NCBI GenBank assembly: GCA_963835795.1
Contig: CAWIHJ010000023.1
Coordinates: 9,059-73,058, forward strand
Origin: an uncultured Gammaproteobacteria bacterium
GTDB taxonomy: Bacteria > Pseudomonadota > Gammaproteobacteria > GCA-001735895
Reading direction: 5' to 3'
DNA length: 64,000 bases
The notes under the pieces were generated by a model that worked only from the letters and a program-made list of their open reading frames with translations, was not told the origin of the DNA and ran no database searches. A program made the position numbers and the translations under genes. Shown piece by piece: positions 57,658 to 64,000 of the stretch. Numbering within the stretch: the stretch's first letter is position 1; the number at the start of each line of letters is the position of its first letter.

Positions 57658-59528
57658 TGGCGTTGTTGCAGATTTCCGAACCGGGCGAGTCAGCAGCGCC
57701 GCATCAGCATCGTTTTGCGGCGGGCATCGACCTGGGTACGACCAATTCGCTGGTAGCCACGCTGCGCAGTGGTGAGGCAGTGTGCCTGGCCGATGAGCAG
57801 GGACGCGTATTATTGCCCTCGATAGTGCACTACTCAGAGACAGGCATCCTGGTCGGTTACGAAGCTGCCGAACAGCAGGCCAACGATCCAATGAATGCCA
57901 TCGCTTCAGTGAAACGGTTGATGGGCCGTGGCAGTCAGGACGTCATGCGCCTGGGCAATGTTTTACCCTACGAACTTGTCGCCCAGCAAGACAGCAATGT
58001 GCCACGTATCCGCACTCGACGTGGTGATTTCACTGCGGTTGAAGTGTCGGCAGAAATTCTGCGTGCGCTGGCCCAACGCGCACGACAGAGTGTCGGTGCC
58101 GATCTGGAAGGGGTCGTCATCACCGTGCCCGCTTATTTCGACGATGCCCAGCGTCAGGCTACCCGTGACGCCGCAACCCTGGCCGGGTTGAATTTGTTCC
58201 GACTGTTAAACGAACCGACAGCGGCCGCCGTTGCCTACGGTCTGGACCAGGACAAGGATGGTTTGATTGCCGTTTACGATCTGGGTGGTGGCACCTTTGA
58301 TATTTCACTGCTGCAACTCAATCGTGGCGTTTTCGAGGTGTTGTCAACGGGCGGCGATTCATCGCTCGGGGGTGATGATATGGATCATGCCATCGGTGAG
58401 TGGATTATCGTTGAGGCCGGTTTCGACAATGTGAATGCGACTCTCGCGCGGCGTATTTTGCTGGCGTCACGCGCTGCCAAGGAATCCCTGACTACAGCCG
58501 ACTCGACCAGTATTGTGATCGAAGATGCGCAGCATTCCTGGTCGGGCACGCTGACGCGGGCGAATTTCGATCAGCTGGTAAAGAGTCTCATTTCCAATAC
58601 CCTGGCGGCCTGTCGGCGTGTTCTGCACGATGCCGGGGTGAAACAAGCCGAAATCGATGAAGTCATCATGGTCGGTGGCTCTACCAGGGTGCCCCTGGTA
58701 CAGGCAATGGTCGCCGAATTTTTCGACTGTGAGCCCATGTGCAAGCTCGATCCAGACCGGGTTGTTGCGCTCGGGGCCGCGATTCAGGCGGATATCCTCG
58801 CGGGAAACAAGCCTGACAGTGACATGCTGTTGCTCGATGTGTTGCCCCTGTCGCTAGGCATCGAAACCATGGGTGGCTTGAGCGATAAAATTATTCCCCG
58901 CAATACCGCCATACCGGTAGCGCGTGCCCAGGAGTTCACTACTTTCAAGGATGGTCAGACGGCGATGTCGGTGCACGTGGTGCAGGGTGAACGCGAGCTG
59001 GTTTCCGATTGCCGCTCGCTGGCGCGTTTCGAGTTGCGAGGGTTTCCGCCGATGACGGCTGGCGCTGCCCGCATACGTGTTACCTACCAGGTTGACGCCG
59101 ACGGCTTGATGTCGGTCACTGCAGTTGAAACCAGCAGCGGTGTCAGTGCCGAAATCGAGGTCAAACCCTCTTATGGCCTGACCGACGGGGAAATCGAAAC
59201 GATGTTGCTGGCGTCGACGCAATACGCGCGCGAAGACATCGAATTACGCATGTTGAAAGAACAACAGGTGGAGGCGCAGCGTGTCATCGAAGCAATCAAT
59301 TCGGCGCTTGCCGAAGATGGCGACCAACTGTTAAGCGCCGCGGAGCGCGAGATTATTATTGAGCATCGCGAGGCGCTGGCGGCAGTGCTGGAAACGGCCA
59401 CCACAGCAGAGCTGAAACGGTTGATCAAGGAAGTGGAGGCCGCCAGTGAATTTTACGTTGCGCGCCGCATGAACCACAGTGTGCAGCAAGCATTGGCTGG
59501 CAAACAAATTAACGAGGTTGATGTTTAA
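57657..59528 (+). CDS. hscA: Fe-S assembly chaperone HscA (Hsp70 class)
   Basis: [10 protein letters not shown]...[12 protein letters not shown]...[10 protein letters not shown]... The ATG at 57657 overlaps the hscB stop (TGATG). The track ORF starts one codon earlier at GTG 57654. Confidence 0.95.
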   Translation: MALLQISEPGESAAPHQHRFAAGIDLGTTNSLVATLRSGEAVCLADEQGRVLLPSIVHYSETGILVGYEAAEQQANDPMNAIASVKRLMGRGSQDVMRLGNVLPYELVAQQDSNVPRIRTRRGDFTAVEVSAEILRALAQRARQSVGADLEGVVITVPAYFDDAQRQATRDAATLAGLNLFRLLNEPTAAAVAYGLDQDKDGLIAVYDLGGGTFDISLLQLNRGVFEVLSTGGDSSLGGDDMDHAIGEWIIVEAGFDNVNATLARRILLASRAAKESLTTADSTSIVIEDAQHSWSGTLTRANFDQLVKSLISNTLAACRRVLHDAGVKQAEIDEVIMVGGSTRVPLVQAMVAEFFDCEPMCKLDPDRVVALGAAIQADILAGNKPDSDMLLLDVLPLSLGIETMGGLSDKIIPRNTAIPVARAQEFTTFKDGQTAMSVHVVQGERELVSDCRSLARFELRGFPPMTAGAARIRVTYQVDADGLMSVTAVETSSGVSAEIEVKPSYGLTDGEIETMLLASTQYAREDIELRMLKEQQVEAQRVIEAINSALAEDGDQLLSAAEREIIIEHREALAAVLETATTAELKRLIKEVEAASEFYVARRMNHSVQQALAGKQINEVDV

Positions 59529-59867
59529 ATGACGAGGCTAACTATATTGCCCCACGATGAAATTTGCCCGCAGGGCGCGGTCATCGAGGCCGAACCGGGG
59601 ATGAGCCTGTGTGATGCGATGCTCAGTAACGGCATCGAGATAGAGCATGCCTGTGAAAAGTCCTGTGCCTGCACGACCTGCCACGTTCACGTGCGCGAAG
59701 GCTTCGACTCGCTCGCAGAATCAACCGAAGACGAAGACGATTATCTCGACAAGGCCTGGGGTCTGGACATGGATTCCCGGCTCAGTTGCCAGGCCGTAGT
59801 CGGTGATGAAGAATTGACCATAGAGATACCAAAGTACACCATCAACATGGTTTCCGAGAATCATTAA
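59529..59867 (+). CDS. fdx: [2Fe-2S] ferredoxin, adrenodoxin type
   Basis: CEKSCACTTCHV...LSCQ Cys pattern. 112 aa, immediately after hscA. Confidence 0.9.
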   Translation: MTRLTILPHDEICPQGAVIEAEPGMSLCDAMLSNGIEIEHACEKSCACTTCHVHVREGFDSLAESTEDEDDYLDKAWGLDMDSRLSCQAVVGDEELTIEIPKYTINMVSENH

Positions 59868-59885
59868 ATAACCGAGGAGCGAACA

Positions 59886-60086
59886 ATGAGCCTTAAGTGG
59901 ACAGATACCCTGGATATCGCCATTGAACTGAGCGATCTGCACGCAGATGTCGATCCGCAATACGTTCGTTTCACTGATTTGCATGCCTGGGTATGTGCGC
60001 TGGATGAATTCGACGACGATCCGCAACACTCGAATGAAAAGATCCTGGAGGCGATTCAAATGGCCTGGATCGATGAAGCGGACTGA
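59886..60086 (+). CDS. iscX: Fe-S assembly protein IscX (YfhJ)
   Basis: [46 protein letters not shown] matches the IscX pattern. 66 aa, last gene of the cluster. Confidence 0.85.
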   Translation: MSLKWTDTLDIAIELSDLHADVDPQYVRFTDLHAWVCALDEFDDDPQHSNEKILEAIQMAWIDEAD

Positions 60087-60295
60087 TCAACAGTAACAGT
60101 CAAAATATTGACACTAAAGCGTCAGGTTTCCGACGAATTATCGTTTTAATTCAATTGGTTTTAAGCTGCTTTTAAGGTCAATTAGATGCAGTTCAGGCCG
60201 TTTGATGAAAATAATTAATTTCGGCGAAATTTATATAAAAATAGTCAGATCAAAAACTTAACACGTTTTCATAATGTTAATTCTATAAAGTGAAT

Positions 60296-60311
60296 TGTGA
60301 ACTTGATCACA
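60296..60311. promoter_or_regulatory. Perfect CRP/Clp-type binding motif TGTGA-N6-TCACA upstream of rpfF
   Basis: TGTGA (60296-60300), acttga, TCACA (60307-60311). A TTGACT hexamer follows immediately at 60313-60318. The site is ~165 nt upstream of the rpfF ATG, inside an AT-rich 390-bp leader. Confidence 0.55.
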
Positions 60312-60355
60312 GTTGACTTGCATTCAATACCCGGATTGGTAAATTGTTGGTTGTA

Positions 60356-60378
60356 ATTCATTGTTAACAACAATGAAT
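60356..60378. promoter_or_regulatory. 10-bp-arm inverted repeat (operator-like) in the rpfF leader
   Basis: ATTCATTGTT-aac-AACAATGAAT is perfect. A second, smaller hairpin AATACAA-gcgat-TTGTATT lies at 60389-60407. Confidence 0.4.
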
Positions 60379-60476
60379 AAACAGTTGAAATACAAGCGAT
60401 TTGTATTCAATTAAAACATAACCAGAGTTTTCCCGGATGCAATATTCGGGTATATAACCAACCCGGAGAGACACTT

Positions 60477-61343
60477 ATGAGCAATGTGGCAGCATTGGAA
60501 CATTCCGCCTATCGTATTTCGGAGGCCGACAAGGAAAGTCCCCTTAAAACCCACTACGATTCAAATTATCGCGTGTCCTGGGCTCTGATGAAGGCAACAC
60601 CACGCCCCTGTTTCACCAATGAACTCCTGTCTGAATTTCACGAATACATTCGTGTCGTTAAACAGGAGATGCGCGAATCCAAGGGTGAAAAATACGATTA
60701 CATCGTAGTAGGTTCAGATGTGCCCGGTGTATTTAACCTGGGTGGCGATCTCAACCTGTTCCGTAGTTATATCGAAAGCAACAATCGTGACGGTTTATTC
60801 AACTATGCAATTCGTTGTATCGACATATTGCACGAAAACATTTGTCACCTTGATTGCGATCTCACTACCATTGCACTGGTACAGGGAGACGCACTCGGCG
60901 GTGGTTTCGAATCCGCGTTGGCGAGTAATGTGATCATCGCCGAGAAAGGCACCCGGATGGGTCTGCCGGAAGTGTTATTCAACCTGTTTCCCGGGATGGG
61001 TGCTTACTCGTTGTTGTCGCGACGGGTCGGAACTTCCAGGGCCGAAAAAATCATTCTCAGTGGCAAACTGTATACCGCTGAAGAACTTTATGAGATGGGA
61101 GTGATCGACATACTTGCCGAGAAAGGTGACGGCGAGGTCGAGGTCTACAAGTATATCAAGGCGGCCAGTCGCTACTCCAACAGTTACAACGCGATTCGCA
61201 AGGTGCGCGATGTCTGCAACAACATCAGTTACGATGAGTTGATCGATATCGCCAAGATCTGGACTGAAGCAGCTTTTAAGCTGGATGCGCGCGATCTCAA
61301 AATGATGGGGCGCTTGATAAATCAGCAGAACCGACAGTTTTAG
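60477..61343 (+). CDS. rpfF: DSF-family signal synthase (RpfF-type crotonase)
   Basis: 288 aa. VFNLGGDLNLF, IALVQGDALGGGFESAL, MGLPEVLFNLFPGMGAYSLL, KIILSGKLYTAEELYEMGVID and the C-terminal DLKMMGRL are collinear with Xanthomonas RpfF as I recall it. Both catalytic Glu positions are retained. Confidence 0.75.
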   Translation: MSNVAALEHSAYRISEADKESPLKTHYDSNYRVSWALMKATPRPCFTNELLSEFHEYIRVVKQEMRESKGEKYDYIVVGSDVPGVFNLGGDLNLFRSYIESNNRDGLFNYAIRCIDILHENICHLDCDLTTIALVQGDALGGGFESALASNVIIAEKGTRMGLPEVLFNLFPGMGAYSLLSRRVGTSRAEKIILSGKLYTAEELYEMGVIDILAEKGDGEVEVYKYIKAASRYSNSYNAIRKVRDVCNNISYDELIDIAKIWTEAAFKLDARDLKMMGRLINQQNRQF

Positions 61344-61369
61344 GAAGCGCCGGCAAAGCAGCTAACCAG

Positions 61370-63911
61370 CTAGTGCCTGGCAATATCCTGTTGCCTGACA
61401 TTGCCCAGCGCCGCGGTTGTCTCGAGAAACGCGCTCTCGACTTCCGCGGCCATTTTTTTGATGCCGTCGGTGCCAATATCGTAAGGCTTTAAACCTTCGG
61501 CCCGTGCGCAGATACCTGACAGCTTTTTTGCCCCCAGTTCAATCGAAGAACCTTTCAGCGCATGCAGCGCTTCGCGGTATTCCAGGTAGTCACTATCCAC
61601 CGCAGCGTGAATGCGCTTCACCTGCCTGGTTCCGTCGCGTTCAAAATTGTGCAGCAGATTTTCCAGAAAATGAAAGTCGCCGAGATCTGCCAATTCCTTG
61701 AGCACGGCGTCGTCATACCAGGCAGAAATGCCTGAATCAGTCTGTCTGGTGGATATATCCGTATGAACCGGTTGCGCTGCAATCTCCGGCTTGATCACAT
61801 TGCGTGATATCGATGCAATTCGATCGAGCAGCGCGCGGGCATTGATCGGCTTGGTGAAAAATGCGTCTGCGCCTGCGTCGATACAGGCTGCTCGGGCTTC
61901 CGGTGTGGCGTCTGCCGTGAGCATGAGAATGGGCAGCGAGCGACTGGTATCCATGAAACGAATCGCTTTGACCACGTCGAGTCCATTCATTTCAGGCATG
62001 TTCATATCCAGGATCAGCAAATCGACCGCGGCAAAGTTTCCATCCAGCACATCGAGCACCTTCTCTCCACTGTCTACCATCTGCACGTTGTGGCCGGCAT
62101 GCCGCAGAATGCCCTGTATGACCTGTTGATTGACTGACATTGTCCTCGGCAACCAGTATGTTCAGCGTCCTGCGCCTGGGGCTGCCGACCATAGTGTTCA
62201 GCGAGGCTAACGATATTTTCATCGGTATAGTTGACCATCTGTGCAGCATGGATGGCGTTGAACAGGGTTCGTTTTTCCTGCGGCTCGACTATGGTCGAAA
62301 TGTAGTACTGGTTCACCGCATTGATATTGACCATGGTGTCGGATGAGTTGACCAGTATCAACGACAGGTTTTCGAGCAGCGGCTCGTTACGAATCATCAA
62401 CGCGAACTGTTCGGCATCGATGCTGCCGAGGCTTTCCTGGTCGACAATCGCACTGTGATAGTGGTTGCCCTGTTCGGCGGCTTTCAACAGCAGGGAAATG
62501 GCACGTGTCGGAGATTGCGCCAGGTCGAATTCGATGCTCCAGCCTTTCAGCGCTGGTTTGATCTGATTTGCGGTGGCATCGTTTGCCAACAGCAGAATGT
62601 GATTTTCGGCAAGGCTGCGCTCGTTGTGTGGCAAAGCCACGAAGGGCAACTCAAGCCAGAAGGTCGAACCCTTATCGAGTTCACTTTCGACACCGATGAC
62701 TCCGCCCATCAATTCCACCAACTCCTTGGAAATTGCGGTGCCAAGGCCGGTGCCGCCGTAGTTACGGTTCGATTTGTGCTCGGCCTGGGTGAAATCATCG
62801 AAAATCGTTTTCAGGAATTCGGCGGGCATGCCGACACCGGTATCGATGACTTCAAAGCGTATTATAGGCCGGTCGCTCGTCACCGCCAACGCGAAAAACG
62901 CGCAGGTTGACCGAGCCTCTGATCGGTAAACTTGATGGCGTTGTTGACGAGGTTAATCAATACCTGGCGCAAATGCTGATGATCGCCTTGCAGCGCGAAA
63001 GGGGTGTCCGGGTCGATATTGCAGGAAATCAGCAAATCCTTCGTTGCGGCAGCCGGCGATAACATGTAGATCACTGAATTGACGAGGGAATACAGGTCCA
63101 GTTCCTTGTTTTCAATGGTGATCTTGCCGGCCTCGATCTTGGCGATATCGAGCACGTTCTCGATCAGTTCAAGCAGTGAGTGCGCTGAGCTGTGAAGGGT
63201 ACCCACCAATTCCTGCTGCTCCGAGCTAAGCCGGGTTTCACGCAACAAATCGCCCATACCGATGACGCCACTCAATGGAGTCCTTAGTTCGTGTGACATA
63301 TTGGCCAGAAAACGGCTCTTGGCTTCATTGGCCTGCTTGGCCGAAGCGATCGCGGCGTGCAGTTTTTTCAACAGGAAGGCGGCGTAAAGCGGTAACACCA
63401 GCAGTATCAACAACAGGCTGATGGCAAAAGCGCGATGCTCCTGCCAATACTCACTGCCGAGGGTAACAATGCCAAAGCCGATCAGGCTGACACCGAATGA
63501 AATATACAGGTAGCGTGTGCCATAGCGAAACCCGTTGCCGAGGGTGACCCAAAGATAAAACACGAATAAGGGTACGTGATCGCCGCCGGTCCAGTACATG
63601 ACGATGGAAAGCGAAATCATGTCGAGAAGAATGCCGACTACCCGACGAATCGGCGAAGGCCGCGGATTGCGGATGATCGCCGCCAGGATCAAAAACGCAA
63701 TGCTGGTGGCACTGAGAATGATGATGCTGGGTGTCGAGCCGAGAACATCGGCCAGCTCCTTGTCGGATCCCCAGGGGATGCAGAAATAGACGACCAGGAT
63801 TAACGCGATCGCGAGTCGCAAAATCGCCTGTTCCGGCTCGGTATCACCGGTTCCCTTCAAGCGCCGTTTGAGTTGCCCCAGCAAACTGATTTTGGTGTCA
63901 GATCCATCCAT
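61370..63911 (-). pseudogene. rpfC: Hybrid sensor kinase with RpfC architecture (multi-TM sensor, HisKA, HATPase_c, REC, HPt), about 3 frame disruptions
   Basis: The fragments read in order as:
- MDGSDTKISLLGQLKRRLKGTGDTEPEQAILRLAIALILVVYF... (5 TM-like segments) ...NMSHELRTPLSGV...LINLVNNAIKFTD
- PIIRFEVIDTGVGMP...GGTGLGTAISKELVELMGG...LAEHYG
- SPRRRTLNILVAEDN
- VNQQVIQGILRHAGHNVQMVDSG...LLILDMNMPEMNG...MLTAD...YREALHALKGSSIELGA
Shifts are near 62880-62900, 62185-62200 and 62135-62150. Confidence 0.75.
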
Positions 63912-63930
63912 AACGGGGCAACCGGAATTA

Positions 63931-64000
63931 TTAGCCGTCGCTAAATGCTTTGTAAATACTGGAAATATTGTCGATACGCTCGAAAAACGCTTCGACGCAA
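63931..64000 (-). CDS. rpfG: 3' end of an upstream gene, likely an HD-GYP response regulator (RpfG-like); partial
   Basis: The reverse-strand frame reads ...CVEAFFERIDNISSIYKAFSDG* with its stop at 63931-63933. An (FDP)xxVEAF-type ending is typical of HD-GYP domain C-termini, and the position upstream of rpfC matches Xanthomonas rpfG. Only 23 codons are visible. Confidence 0.4.
   Translation of the reverse strand, partial: CVEAFFERIDNISSIYKAFSDG

Noticed and set aside
60313-60344. Sigma70 promoter for rpfF (TTGACT at 60313-60318 with a downstream TGGTAAAT).
   Set aside because: The spacing between the -35-like hexamer and any acceptable -10 hexamer is 18-20 nt and the -10 is poor. I report the CRP/Clp box, but no defined promoter without transcription start data.
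1-64000. Search for CRISPR arrays, tRNA/rRNA genes, IS elements, integrases, prophage or toxin-antitoxin/defence modules.
   Set aside because: There are no regularly spaced direct repeats and no cloverleaf-like or rRNA-like segments in the intergenic regions I read. No transposase, recombinase, phage structural or nuclease/NTPase defence-type ORFs were found. Every sizeable ORF is accounted for by metabolic, transport, regulatory or housekeeping families.

Overview
Hand reading only; no searches were run. This looks like a 64-kb chromosomal segment of a moderately GC-rich gammaproteobacterium, probably marine. The conserved backbone is suhB / trmJ / iscR-iscS-iscA-hscB-hscA-fdx-iscX, aceA, aceK, acs, prpE and lexA. 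I saw no rRNA, tRNA, CRISPR array, transposase, integrase or phage genes.

Layout:
1. 0-30 kb is an accessory transport and catabolic island that looks dedicated to quaternary amines and compatible solutes. It holds two-subunit aconitase X, a CntA/GbcA/Stc2-like Rieske oxygenase, a ProU-type ABC importer with a tandem-fused permease, an amidase and a sulfatase. It also holds two paralogous Dpp/Opp-type ABC importers, a non-pyrrolysine MttB-family methyltransferase, a trimethylamine-dehydrogenase-like Fe-S flavoprotein, a BetI-like TetR regulator and MFS paralogs.
2. 30-44 kb holds a tightly packed MFS-MATE-sulfotransferase-like-MFS operon and a divergent pair of phosphoribosyltransferase paralogs. 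It also holds an aminotransferase, tag, a CmcJ-like oxidoreductase, glycerate kinase, an M81 peptidase, prpE and a LysR regulator.
3. 44-60 kb holds glyoxylate/acetate genes (aceA, an rraA-like gene, aceK, acs), lexA, suhB and trmJ. A CpxP-like protein with an OmpR-type two-component module follows. Then comes an ISC operon that lacks iscU and has an IscR without most cluster ligands.
4. 60-64 kb holds a DSF-type signalling cluster: rpfF, a convergent rpfC, and the 3' end of an rpfG-like gene. It sits behind an AT-rich leader with a perfect CRP/Clp-type box.

About 14 genes are interrupted by roughly three dozen frameshifts. These are strongly clustered, and none was detected between 37.2 and 61.3 kb. 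Real gene decay and local base-calling error cannot be separated from this sequence alone. Most long ORFs on the track that lie antisense to these genes are GC-rich shadow ORFs.
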